From NCBI GenBank assembly GCA_976226885.1, contig OZ320313.1, forward strand, positions 68,262,001 to 68,326,000: 64,000 bases of DNA, given 5' to 3'. Below are positions 1 through 12,706 of the stretch, in pieces. Origin of the DNA: Iphione sp. A-MEVVRFRX5 (lineage: Eukaryota). The notes under the pieces were generated by a model, which ran no database searches, was not told the DNA's origin, and worked only from the letters and a program-made list of their open reading frames with translations. Each line of letters starts with the position of its first letter. Positions within the stretch are counted from its first letter, which is position 1. The position numbers and the translations under genes are program-made.

Positions 1-3000
1 TGTGGAAGAGGCCCTCAGTGCACGCGCGGTGAACTTTTGTACTATGACCTATTTGTTATTAGTGCCTATGGTAATGAGCCCTGGTGTTGAGTAATTAAGA
101 TTGAGTGAGCAGCTCATGTGGCACTGGCCAAGCTATTTTGATTCAGGGGACTCCCTGTAACAACGGCCGCAGGTGATATACACGACGTCTCGAAACATAA
201 ACACTGATCAACATGAATTGTTTAAAATCACTCAGTTCTGATAAATGTTTGCAGGGCATGCACCTAAAATCAAATGCATCAAGGAAGCGTTACTTTATAT
301 GCTCGAACCAATGCGAATGTATGTACACCTATTCATTAGTGTTCTCTTTGAAAGACAATGCTGTAGCTACTACACTTTTTGCTCTTCTCCGCAGATCACT
401 TATCTGTTTTAAACGTGGAAAAAATCAAATTTTTCGTGATTGAAAATATTTTACGGCCATGATGTAATCGTTCTTGTTTATACAGCAGTTATATCAGAAA
501 CTACATATACAGTAGAACAGTAAAGTGCGGACACTTAATATACGTGCATATACAAACATATGTATATCAATATGTACAAAGATATGGATATTATAATTTC
601 ATGTCCCATGTATGACGGTATTGTATAAGAAAGGATGCAAACTCCGTATACATGTATGTAGTGAGGTACAGACTGGATATTTATTCGAGAAATATACACT
701 GCGGTACATAAGGCCTTGTCAAATATTAATAAGAACACGAGTCTCCGGCGATTAGAAACAGACTCGGATAACCAAGGAAGCCACGTTCTTAGAGGGACCG
801 AGGAAGCAGTTGACAGTACAAATAGAAATTTTGACGTGTTCAGAAAATTTGATACTTAGATGCATGAAAGGAAGAGAATGACAGGACTGGTGTAGATGAA
901 AGCGTTCTTGGATTTCGTTCAGGTGTTACTGAATGAGTGATTCAATCGTTTCATATTAATGTTGTCTGACACTGAATAAATTTTAAAAATCTCTTAGTTT
1001 TGCGAGTTGTTTTTTAATTCAATTTACCTGCGGTGCTAGGTGTTGGAACAAAGTCAACCTGTGCATCCTTAGGAAATATGCCTATCTTTATTACAACAAT
1101 ATTACCATGATATGACTTCTCTTTCCCTCAGAGGGAAAATACTATCCTTTCTGGTATTGCTATCCGATTTACGTTCTAAAAAAATCTGGAGCATGAGTTT
1201 TTTTCTGCGAATATGTACGTACATGTATATGTATAAATATACGTATAGGCATATCATCACATTTCGATATAGCATACTGCATGTGCAGAACGATGTCTAC
1301 CTATATTACTCTAAAGAGTCGTCTTTATTCCTCAACCACTAGGAGATGAAGACACTTTCCTGCCGTCTCCGCTGGTAGAGAAAACCTATGACGACCGAAG
1401 AGATCCTAACCATAGAGACCCAAGCAAGAGTAACCCATCAACCTGGCATCGACTGTGCTTGCTTTCAATCATATAGGATTGCCATAGATATCAATAGAGG
1501 ATTTCAATGTCTCAGGCCAAAGTATACTGTACGAAGAATCTTTGATATAACCTTTTGAGATCCTCCTTTGGTCAAGGCAAATCTCGGCTGCTCAACTGTT
1601 GCTCTCTGGTAATATTTCATAGGTTCTGCTGGCGCGCGCTACTGAACGCATTTATTTATGGCGACAGTCCTGCTGAATTACCCATCATATATATACTAGC
1701 TATGGTCATTATTTGGTCCACATCCGTTGTTTTCATTCCCTCTAGAGTTATATCCCCTATTACTTTAGAATTAGCTGGCACTGTACATTGTTATTGAACC
1801 CCTTAATGCCGAGAAAGGAGATAATCACCCTCTCTGTAATTAAGACCGATCGGATACATATGTAATATCAGCACTTCACTGCTAAAAGGAACAAATGAGT
1901 GCTCTACTCTAATCGAGATGCTTAGTGCTGATGAGTATTGGCCGACTAGCCATGGCAGTCTCATTACGGCTATGGAATAGCAGTTGCAACATATATAGCG
2001 CGACTCCTTCATCACAGCTATGGGAGCCTGTCTTAAATGTATTTTTAAATTTTAAATTGAATTGACTATGCCTATTAAGCCTCTGTTTCTGTTAAGATGG
2101 TCATTTCTCACAAACAAAATGTGTAATTGGACACGGTATCTCCTTTATGGAATTAATTGTATGCCCGTCCAATGATTTTCTTTTATGCTAGGAGCCTAAA
2201 GTTATGTACTTGTGTATTTACAGCCTAGAGAGTAACAAGATAGACTCTCATTAGAATTTAATTAATCTGCCTTGGATTATATATAATTGTAAAACTTTTA
2301 CACTTGACTTTCTTCATACAAAAATACCAAAGTAGGACAAAAAAGGCGAAACGATAAGTTTTTGTCAGATACATCAGAAACTTCACTTTGATTTTTGGCT
2401 CTGTTCTCTCGGACTTGTACCCAGGTTAAGAAAACTGCCTTTGTCGGAGTTTCATCTGGAAACAATTGCAGTTGTAATTGTCTGGTATTAAAACATCAAT
2501 CAATAAAACCAAATATCCGGTGACATTTAGATTTAGTCAGAGCAGAAATATGATAATGCGATTGCAGATACAGGCGAGTCTCATCCAAGTTACTAATAAA
2601 TGTTTTAATGTGCACATTTTCACCTTGGATTACATTTAACCTAGCATTACAAGGTCAGCGTTTTAAGAGTGTGCCAGAGAGGCATTTTCAATATTATCAT
2701 ACTCTTATTATTGATACATACTCTTACAGAAGAGACATAATATTATGCAATGTTTCGCTGTGTTCAATCTACCATTGAAAATATTCTCTTATGGTAGAGG
2801 AGCGAGCCTTACGATGCCGAGACCTGACTATATGTTCCAATTAGTTTTATAATCACGGGAATCCAAATTTCAATATTTCTACGAAGTCTGTTTTGCTGCT
2901 GCTCTCCCTCCCACACGGTCTGATATTCCATGTAAATGAATACAAAAAGTCTCCTATGGAGAATACTTAAGGGCAGTCGTTACCTTGTACACTGCGGCCG

Positions 3001-3229
3001 GACCGAGGGCGTGACGCGTGTGCTATCGTCCTTTACAGACCAGCAAGAGCTTTCGTTGTTGTTATGCACCGTTTTGCTGACTTGTCAGCTTAGTCAATGC
3101 ATATGGAGCGTATACCGTTGGTTTGAGTCAACAGCAAGCAGGAATTCCTTTGTTAAGGGATGTTAGATGCATGCCAGCGCTCGGCAGGGCTGATAAATAG
3201 AAAGAGAGGTTAGCATGTGGAGTGGTCCC

Positions 3230-3540
3230 CTGCCAATCGCTCAGTCACTATCTGCAGAACACACACAATTTATATAGGCTGATGGGCTGCTGGTATAACC
3301 CTAGAGAGCTGAAAGTCCATGCAGACGTGGCAATGTCAAATCGATGCTCCTGTGGCATTTTCCGTCATGGAACATTAATGCATATCACCACCATTCGTGT
3401 ATGGACCCACGTGCGAAATACATGGATACTTGCAGACACGATCCCATGCAGTGTAACCACTGAGGGGACCACCCATTTTACTCTCTACAGTGGGGCAGGA
3501 CTACTCCTCCCGGTTGTCCTTTCTTTGGATGGTCTCATTG
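3230..3540 (-). mobile_element. Possible decayed DIRS-like RT relic
   Basis: PKKGQPGG and WTFSSLGLYQQPISLYKL (like YQF..LPFGL..AP..FTK); weak. Confidence 0.22.
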
Positions 3541-3789
3541 AGACTTTACTTTAAGCAGATAGGTCTATAAATTTACATCTGCATAGCTAAGATCACATAC
3601 TGACAGGCTTGCACATATTAACTTGCATCACGTTGCCATAGAAAAATGTTTATATTTTATGTACAATGTCCCTGTGATCGACACCTATACAGAGATGTTG
3701 ACAGTCAAATCAGCTAATAGTTTAGCCGACCGTAATATGTGTTCTCATAAAACTACATATATACGCCACAAAAGATATCTTAATACTGA

Positions 3790-4124
3790 GGCCTAAACAA
3801 AAAATATCTGTGTTTCCGGTAACCCGACCGACCCTGCTTTTTGTCCTACTAGAACATTTTATTTTATTATGTTTTTGTTAATATCTTTGGCATGAATAAT
3901 GATAGAGACATAGGCTATATACCATTTTGCTCCTCAGATCATTAGCTTTCATTTGATATATGTTTCATTAATATCTGAGCAATAGAACATATATTACTGT
4001 ATACATATGTCACTTTAGGTGAAAATTAACATTGAAAAAAAATGAAAAAATAAAAAAACCCACCGACCTACCGACCCTCAATTTTTTAAGCATGTTACCG
4101 GAAACAGAACTTTTTTTTTAGGCC
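3790..4124. mobile_element. PIF/Harbinger-type MITE, family A copy 1 (335 bp)
   Basis: TIRs GGCCTAAA..AAAA..TCTG(TG)TTTCCGGTAAC at both ends; flanks TGA / TAA (one mismatch); internally homologous, in reverse orientation, to 33665-34001. Confidence 0.88.
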
Positions 4125-4891
4125 TAATTAGTTTATGAACCTACTCCATCATCACTGAGACACCATATACCATTATAAATACAAATCGCTTTTACTATTC
4201 GTATTTTATTTAATTTTCAAAAGGTTAAGCCTATACTTACCTACAACACATTCCAACCTTATAAAGCAGGGATTATATATATTACGTTATTTTATACTTT
4301 AAGTACTACATCTCTATTCTTGAAAAGAGACAGGTTCAAGAGTCCGATTTAAAATGTCGAGTATTCACTACATCGAATTCCACAGTGTTTCGACGACATA
4401 AGTTGATGGAATCTTTATTTTAAGCAATATATAATAGTTCGGTGCTTCAGAGCAAGCAGCGCTTCAGATATGTCCGCGACAACAGTAAGGCATTTGTAAA
4501 ATTTAGGACGTTCGCGTCCTTAGAATACAGGAAGCTCTTGTACTCGCGTGCTGATTTGTTTGAGCAAATAACTGAAAGGTATTGTAAATGAAGCCCTGAG
4601 AAAACGGTTATCACGAAGAAATTGGAGAGTCCCATTAGTGTAAGTGATAAAAATCGAACCGGGCATAGTCAAACATGTACGTGCCAACAAAGCTGTTAGC
4701 AAAAAGGGGGCATACTCATCTCTCTCGGATGTATTCGCCGCCTCATGCCACCCTGCACATTTTAGTCATACCTTGTAATCTTTTATCCCAACATAGAAAT
4801 GTAAATGACAGACGCTTTTCAGCAAATATGCTTGTTACAACAAGAAACGTTCATCGTGTTGTCCGAGAGGTTCGTTCAAAATCTAAGAGAG

Positions 4892-4917
4892 TATATATAT
4901 ATATTATATATATATAT
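4892..4917. repeat. (TA)n microsatellite
   Basis: Direct reading: tatatatatatattatatatatatat. Confidence 0.85.
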
Positions 4918-5101
4918 GAGTTCCATCTAGGTCTATCCAAGCAGTGGATACAAACAGAAGGAACAGCAACAGGGAGGTCAAGAGACAGAGCGCATTTCCA
5001 GGAGCTTTCGCTTGGTTTGATGAAAATAATATTCTTACTCATTCACAGATGAAGGCATATTAAACATATAAACCTGAATGGCAATAACTATTGTTTCTTA
5101 A

Positions 5102-5669
5102 GGCTGAATTTCCTGAGCAATTTTTTTCCCGCCGTGTGTTGTTTACTTGGGTTGTCAGGTGTGTTTTTGACCTTTTTCACCATGAGCATATATGGTCCCC
5201 ATGGAAACTCATATGGAACACACAAAATGCATGCAAATTTGACTGAAAGCAGGCAAATATCAGGCTAACTCACTGAAACACAGCGAAAATTATGCATTTT
5301 CAACTAAACATGGCGAAAAATTATGTATTTCTCACTGAAAAAATGGTGAACATTAAGTTGTACTCACTGGATATAAGAAAAAAGGTTATCTTAGTGAGGA
5401 AAAGCGAAGAAATGTGAGGAAATATTGTAGTGTTTATTAGAAAAAACTTCCAACGGCCCCATTTCACTCCCACTTTTACTAAACTTAATTCTCACGAAAA
5501 CACAGCCGTACCACTGTGAACATTTGGAACTTCCAAATCAGACATGCTGGCATGTTGGCATGTTGGCATGTTTCCACGTCTGTGAAAACATGCTTCTAGG
5601 GAAATTACCCAGTGTATAAGTATAGTCAAAAAACACAGCAACACACTCTGTGAAAACATGTGCCTAAGG
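5102..5669. mobile_element. MITE family C copy 1 (GGCTGAATT-type termini) with an internal duplicated terminal segment and (TTGGCATG)3
   Basis: Left end GGCTGAATTTCCTGAG, right end GAAAACATGTGCCTAAGGAAATAGAGCC; flanks TAA/TTA; shares internal blocks (CATGCAAATTTGAC) with 59661-59954. Confidence 0.7.
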
Positions 5670-6289
5670 AAATAGAGCCTTAGGTGTCATCATTTAGTGT
5701 ATTCTATACAATTCAAGAGCTGTGCGGTGGTCTTATAAAGCCATTTCAATTATTACAACGCAAATGCTTCGAGGATATATAAGCAATAGTGGCAGAGATG
5801 ATATCGTGAGACAAGGAATCTGAATAATATCTACCCTTTTTAAAAGCTTCAGTTCTCTTACAAATGGACTCGCTGACTGATATTTGGGCATTATACCTGG
5901 ATTCCAGGAATAAATAGAAATAACGAGGTGAACTATTTCTCATCATAGACCTGAGCTAAAAGGCATTTTTGTTTCAAAACATACTTCTAGTGCTCAAGAT
6001 TCTGACTTTAAAAGGAAAAGACACGTTGGTATCACCCTCATAACTATAATTTTTTTTTATCGTCTTTATTTTCCCTGATACTGATATACATGGCGGTACA
6101 GATTCTCAGGTCCATGTCACAGATACATCTCGTCATTTATATACAGGTATATACATGGAATGAATATTATACAGATGATTATGTGTGATTAAATACAGTG
6201 TTTTGGCTGTCAAGTTCTTATGCTAATTTGTCGATTGTACAGGACATGGTCATTTTCGTTCGTTTCGATATTTTTCGATGTAAGCTTAC

Positions 6290-7657
6290 ATATATATATA
6301 TATATGTATGTATATATATATATTTATCTTATTTTGCTTTTGCTTATGCAGTGTTACCCTACCACACACACATCCAGACAGAGCCCAGGATGGTGGAGTA
6401 CGTTACCGATTTATCCTGCATTGCGTTTTTTCTTCCCGTCCAGTTGATAAGGCGTCCCATACAGACAGAGCCCAGTATGGGACACGTATTCCACCAAATT
6501 TTGCATTACCTATTCCCTATTACCCTTTTTTCTTTTTTATACCATTTTAATAGGGCCCGCTTCTGGAGGGTCATTACGTTACCTGGTAAGGAGTTCCATA
6601 TTAGACCCCCTGTATAAGAGACACTTCGTTTAAACCCTTCATAATTTGGTTTAATTATTTTATGGAGGGATTTCATATTATTCCTTGTTTGGGTTGCTTG
6701 TCCAATCATTGTTTCCCCCATACAGTGTCGGTGGTGCATTATTCTTAGCAGGCTTAGGTTACGTCTTGTTTCTAGAGGGGGTAGATTACATCTATTTCTG
6801 GCTGTAGCAGAGCGAATTGGAGACACCCATATTGTTCTCAGAGTTTTATTGTATAGCCTGGAGATTCTCTGGAAGTTTTGCGATTTGCTGTCGGTTAACA
6901 CACTGAGTCCGTATTCTATTATAGGTAGTATTAATGTCTTGACTAGGAGTATGCGGTCTTGTATTGGCAATAGTGATCTTAGTCTTTTAAGATATAATAG
7001 TTTGTGTCCGACCCTTCTGATTAGGTTGCTTGTATGCATGTTATATGTCAAGGTGCTATCTATCACTACACCAAGATATTTATATTCAGACACATTTTCC
7101 AGGTGCCCCGCTCCATATTTCACTGCTGGCGGATGCCTGATCGGGGACCTGTAGCGATACCAAACACATTTGCTTTTCTCTGGGTTTATTTGTATCTTGT
7201 TGGCAAGAGACCATTTAGCTATATTTTCGACGTCATATTGAATCCTTGTAAGCACCTCTTGTATATTGGCGCCTGAAGTCACAACCACCATGTCATCCGC
7301 ATACAGAGTTAGTTTCGAATATTTACATACAGATACTATGGGGTTTATGAATAAGGTGAAGAGTAGCGGCCCTAATATTGAGCCTTGGGGTACACCGCAA
7401 GTGATATTCAGTGGAGTTGAGGTATGCCCATTTGCTTTCGTCATTTGTCGTCGACCCGTCAGGTAATTTCGGAACCATGGGAGATAGTCAACTACTCCAA
7501 TGTCATACAATCTTTGTATTACTACATCATGGGAGATAGAATCAAACGCTTTTTTGAAATCAAAGAAAACGCTTGCTACATTTTGTCTGAGATTTAAGGC
7601 CATGTGTATCATGTCGGTTACCTTACTGATCGCCATCTCTGTAGAAAATCCTTTCCG
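6290..7657 (-). mobile_element. 5'-truncated non-LTR retrotransposon (CR1/L2-type LINE) with 3' UTR and (TA)n-type tail
   Basis: RT homology starts abruptly near 7657 (RKGFSTEMAI), the ORF stops at 6506, the 3' UTR holds two stem-loops, and a TA/TATG microsatellite tail lies at 6290-6323. No clear target-site duplication. Confidence 0.9.
6506..7636 (-). CDS. LINE ORF2 C-terminal fragment: reverse transcriptase (non-LTR type), 376 aa uninterrupted
   Basis: Motifs FFDFKKAFDSISH, GVPQGSILGPLLF, LYADD, KYLGVVID and C-terminal SVSYTGGLIWNSLP. No internal stops, so probably a young insertion. Confidence 0.95.
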   Translation of the reverse strand: MAISKVTDMIHMALNLRQNVASVFFDFKKAFDSISHDVVIQRLYDIGVVDYLPWFRNYLTGRRQMTKANGHTSTPLNITCGVPQGSILGPLLFTLFINPIVSVCKYSKLTLYADDMVVVTSGANIQEVLTRIQYDVENIAKWSLANKIQINPEKSKCVWYRYRSPIRHPPAVKYGAGHLENVSEYKYLGVVIDSTLTYNMHTSNLIRRVGHKLLYLKRLRSLLPIQDRILLVKTLILPIIEYGLSVLTDSKSQNFQRISRLYNKTLRTIWVSPIRSATARNRCNLPPLETRRNLSLLRIMHHRHCMGETMIGQATQTRNNMKSLHKIIKPNYEGFKRSVSYTGGLIWNSLPGNVMTLQKRALLKWYKKEKRVIGNR

Positions 7658-10600
7658 ATGATCTACCCAATCACCTATATACTAGCCGAAGAAATGCCCT
7701 TAATAGTTGTTCCAACATGTACTGCTATCTGCTGCAGCTTATATACATAATGAAGACATGAGATGAGGCAAATGTTTTATGTTCTGAAAGGGTTGCTTGA
7801 ATATTCACCTAGGTAAACATGTTCATATATATTTTATGCATAGGCTCGTCATTTACCAGTTTCAATGTAGCTGCTGCCTGGTTATATTCTTCGTAGATTG
7901 AACATAGGTGGCAGATCTGTAGGAGTAAACCATGTTCGACCTGCCCTCTATTGGTTTTAATGGAAAGTATGTTTACCCAATATTCAGCGAAGTTCAGTTG
8001 AACACATAAGCATTTAAAAACAGTACACCCATTACTACCTTGTGGCCTCCAGAATCTGTCTCAGTAAATAAGATTTCTTAGTAATACATTTAATGCTCGG
8101 TTTATAGATATCGAACATTATGTTATATAGATATGTATACTGGTTGGTGCCATCGCACTGGTAAAGGCAGATTCAGTATTTGCACGGTTAGTTTCTTATA
8201 AAAACATAATTGCAACTAAAGGAACAATTTTCCCCGCCTCCCTGTTTCGTTTATTAGCAGGCGAATTTAACCAAACTTCTTCTTTGCAGAAAAAGTAGCC
8301 TCATAGTGCCAAATACTTTCTTGTGAGAGACGCATCTTTCTCATTAAATGAAAATGGAGCTAAGCATGAAAAAATACTGAATTCATCTATTTCACCTTTT
8401 TCTGCTACTTGTTTACCGCGTTTTCCTTTAGCTGACCAAGATTTCTTTTAGTAGTGATTGCTTTAAATTATTTAAACATTCACTAGGAATATTGACATGA
8501 CAGAAACATGCGGCCATTTTACAAATCATGGGATTAACGCTCTTAAATTGACCTGTCCACGCCACATGAAGTAATGTATTTATTGGCTACAATCAGGAAC
8601 CAACCACGAACAGATGGCATTGATTCGATGAGAAAGGTAGTATTGACCGCCAAGATGGAGGCAGATTAACTGAAGATCAATAAATTATTCTCTTTTGCTT
8701 AAATGCTAGGTGGCCACTCTCGAAGAGATGGGATATGGAAATAAATGGTCCTTTTCTTCTCTGCAGAAGAATTAATGTAATATTTCTCACTCTGAAAAGG
8801 CTGCAAAGACACAATCTTCCCATTTAGTATACTGTTCGTGTCTTGAAATCGACAACACAAGAACAATCTCATTTGAAATGCACAAGGTAAAAATTGGTGA
8901 GCGTCTATGCCACTAGGTTGTAATAAGGTGAAGGCGACCATTTGGGAGTCGATGGCCGATTTCTTTTTGTTCCCCTTCAGACACGATCGTGTCTCACGCC
9001 CAATTATCATACAGGATTACATGTTATTTCCATGATGGATTGGCGGCTTTCCTGAAAGGCAGATTAAAACCCATGAAGGGTGTGGCCACATCAGCCGCTA
9101 CTCCTCGTCTTTTAGCGCCGTCTGCTGATGGATTGTTCACAGGCGATAAAGAACAAAAGTGAAAAAATAGGTCTCACGCAGAGCACAGTGCTTTCACCGT
9201 TATCTTCTAGACACGTGATTTAGTGGCCACTACCAGCGGATCATGGGCGGCTTACGGTGACGATAATCTATGCAGATTGTCGGGTGTTCGCACTTTGATT
9301 TGCCTTTTCTCAAGGCGTACTGTTGTTCAGATTTTGCGAGCAGGTTTCTTACATTGCGCGGTTTCCCTCATTTCCAAAAACCTTAAACCAATTATAAGGA
9401 ATCCTTCATCATTTACTTACTTTTCAAAAGACAAAAAAAATATATTTACGTTGATGTAAATTACGTTCATTGCCTGCTTTGAGAGAACCATACACACTAC
9501 ACATATGTTTGCGTTAAGCTTTAATTTCTAATATTTTCTGGACTTTGTCGAATAATTTTATTACGCGTCTCCTGCATGAAGGATCCGTTTGGAAGCAAAC
9601 ATGATCTAATTTAATCAAAAACAGTCTGCGTTTTAATATTTTAGCAATAGATGATTTTATTTTCACCCAATGAAGAAAATCACATTGTTTCCAAGTGAAG
9701 CAAAATTCTTAATATGTTTTAAAAACTATACATTCTCTTTCCACACCCTATAAGGGTGTTCACTGTCATTATAATCGAAGCAAACCAAGTAAACACAAAA
9801 TGCGAACAAATCGCAGTTGCTTTAATGCATTTTATTTGAAGAGATTTGAGATGCTTTCAGTTTTTGGTCGGCGGACTGTTGTCAACTAATCTCTACGTCT
9901 TTATATTGCCCGTGGGGACATGAGGAGCTTAATCTACACTGGCCACATTTGGTTCTGAGTTTGCTCAGTCAAATAATAACATTGCAATGTCATATGGTGA
10001 GTCCAAATTTCACACAGGTCTAGGCTGGTTTGCCTCATGTATACGTGTCATTGCATTAAATATATTCCCAATTATCACCAATTATTCTCGTCATTTTACC
10101 TATTTTGTCAGTGTAGAGATATCTATCAATCTGGTAATTCGTCAAAAATGGTCACCACTAAATAGACGTCCACAACAAACACTGTCAAGGTCAGCCTACT
10201 GAAATCATTATCTATAAGATACTGACGGTTCTTTTGCAAAAAAGAAATACGCCCAATATGAAAGAAGGAGCACCCCCCACTTGCTGTTATAATGATATTT
10301 CCTATTCGAAAAAAACAAGTGTTTCTTTGCGTACATTTTGTATGATTGAAGTGATGGTGACCTTCAATGAGGTAGCTGGCAAATGACATCTCTCAAATAT
10401 ATACACTTGCAAGCCACATACATTTATATTGTTTGCCTTTTTCATGCACATCTCGCAAAGAGTCGACACTATAACATGATTGTATTATCATGTGTAATAC
10501 TCCAAACACGTGTACGTAACGATAACACCCCAGATACCTTCCAATTGAGATCAACACTTAATCAACTGTGCATGGACAAAGCTCTTCGTGAAGACTCTGG

Positions 10601-12096
10601 CTTAACTATACATAAACGTATATTGCCCGATGCAGTTCGTTATATGCAAGCAGTAGCCACATATGATTCGATTAGAAAATATTGAATGGAACCAACATAC
10701 AAAGACATGCATCGAAAATAAATCACAATGGGTATTCAACAACAAGATCCTCTAGAATAAAAACTCATTGGTGTAATTAACCTACCGCTTGGAGGCTTGC
10801 ACACTGTCTAGCCTTCACTTCTCCTTGACTGATAGGGCCACTGAGACCCTCGTTAATGTTTGTTAGTGACATCTTTTCACTGTCCAGAAAAGACCTTCAG
10901 CTAGGAAATATTTCAATAATACCGGCAGTCAAAAACAGATGAAGTTGGACAATGCCCAAGCCTTTCGGCAATAGGTCCATTATGTGAGGCTATGAAAAAA
11001 ATGTCACATTGGTTAGTTGCCGTTAAAGAGCATATCGTAACAGTGCACCTCTAATACATTTCAAAGGATAGTATGTTGAATAGGTATTACTGCAGCAAAA
11101 ATATATTTTTATTCCACTGATTAACTTTTCAGAAATTAAAACAAAGATAAGTGAGATTAAATTAAAATATAGGTGAAGCACAAAACCAGTAAAAATCATG
11201 ATTTAAAACAACTGTCCAAACATTTTTACTTGTACAGAAACTCTGTTCTTATCTCTAACAGAATCATTTTCTTGTTAAATATGAAGGCACGCCTTTGGAG
11301 ACAGTGTCTTGGCATGATGCCTGTATATATGAGCACCTTGATAGGATCTCATCTAAATGTGATACAATGAAATGCAAATCACTTTTTCCTGTCTTTCAAT
11401 TTTTGCAATGTCGTAACTTCACGACAGTGCTAAACGTACGCTAAATAGGACCGGCGTACTTCAACTACTGCAAATAGGAAGCTAGAGTAGATTTTGATGT
11501 CACAAGTTAAAGTAGGTTACAAATGAAAACAGTTAAAGTAACAAACGATTTAAAGTGACAAATGAAGTTAATAAATGAATTAAAGTTACAAATGAATATG
11601 GAATTTGAAAAGAGATTATGAAAATATATATCAAAGAAGTCAATTATAAGCATATGCTCGGAGAAATTCATCTTAAGAAAACTATAACCCTACTGAAAGC
11701 CATTTTGCAATTTTCCGGTGATAGACACAAACACCTATGGCAGAAGGGTTTGCTCTCCTTTGAAATATACACTAAGAACAGATTACAAACAGGACGCTTT
11801 TTCTGCATATGGCTCATTTGCCTCTAATACAGCGTTTTAGTGTAATTGACAGTAAAGGATGAAAGGCAGTGGCGATCTGGCTATCGATTATAATGTAGAT
11901 TTATGGATTATTGTCACTTTTTCTCATGAATTAATGCGTACTTCCATTGTAAACAACTATAAACCTTCCCACGTCAGACGTTGAGCATCCTTTATTGATC
12001 CCCTGGATGCTACAGGTACAATGTGAGAATTACTGAACAAGAATTTTCTTTTTGAGGTAACTACATTTTGTGTTTCGGACATGAGCCATTAACCAT

Positions 12097-12102
12097 TTTA
12101 TT
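12097..12102 (-). terminator. Candidate polyadenylation signal (AATAAA) for the ARRDC-like gene; a second lies at 11991-11996
   Basis: AATAAA on the minus strand about 450 nt downstream of the stop codon. Hexamer only, in AT-rich DNA. Confidence 0.3.
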
Positions 12103-12551
12103 GCCCTGCATGAAATAAGGTATCCATTGTCTTGGTGCTACAAGTTCTGATTTACTCGGGCATGCTTATATCCATTTCGCCCAACACAATACTGCCTGTA
12201 ACACTTCAAATATCCTAACATCTCATGAAAATGTGTTCGGAAAGTCTCTCCAACAGGCTTTCCATATGCCTGTTGGAGCAGAAAGCTGTTCTTGGATCGT
12301 TTAACATGACATCATACCTTCCAGTATAGCGCGCACGTTCTAAAGATATCCGACGCAAGTAACCCCCTTCGCCAGTCTTATAGTGTTTGCAAGAATGTGA
12401 ATGTCAATAAGCTGGTGCATTGGCTATGCCCTCCGGACGTAGTATTGACATCCTCTCAGTGACGGCTACGACTGTGGTTGCCACCTTGCTGAAAGACTTC
12501 GATGTGACGTCACTTCCGACGAGGATATCAACAACGTCCGGTGCACATGAA

Positions 12552-12706
12552 TCACGTGACCTCGGAGCCTTCGCCTGATTCAGGACCCTTGTAGAGGCTC
12601 TTGTAGTAGGTGTACACGTGCTGGTACTTGCCCCGTTGATAATCATTCGCATCGTAATCCTCGATCTCTCCACTCGAGTGGCTGTAACGACTAAACGACG
12701 GCGTGA
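12552..12706 (-). CDS. ARRDC-like terminal coding exon: VTPSFSRYSHSSGEIEDYDANDYQRGKYQHVYTYYKSLYKGPESGEGSEVT*
   Basis: Acceptor ttgattttcag|TC; phase-1 entry gives a Tyr-rich tail (Y.HVYTYY) typical of invertebrate alpha-arrestins. This frame differs from the ORF-track frame 12404-12757. Confidence 0.85.

Noticed and set aside
1400-2015. Possible Gypsy integrase relic (SILWPETL)
   Set aside because: One short motif among many stops; no zinc-finger or DDE residues recognisable.
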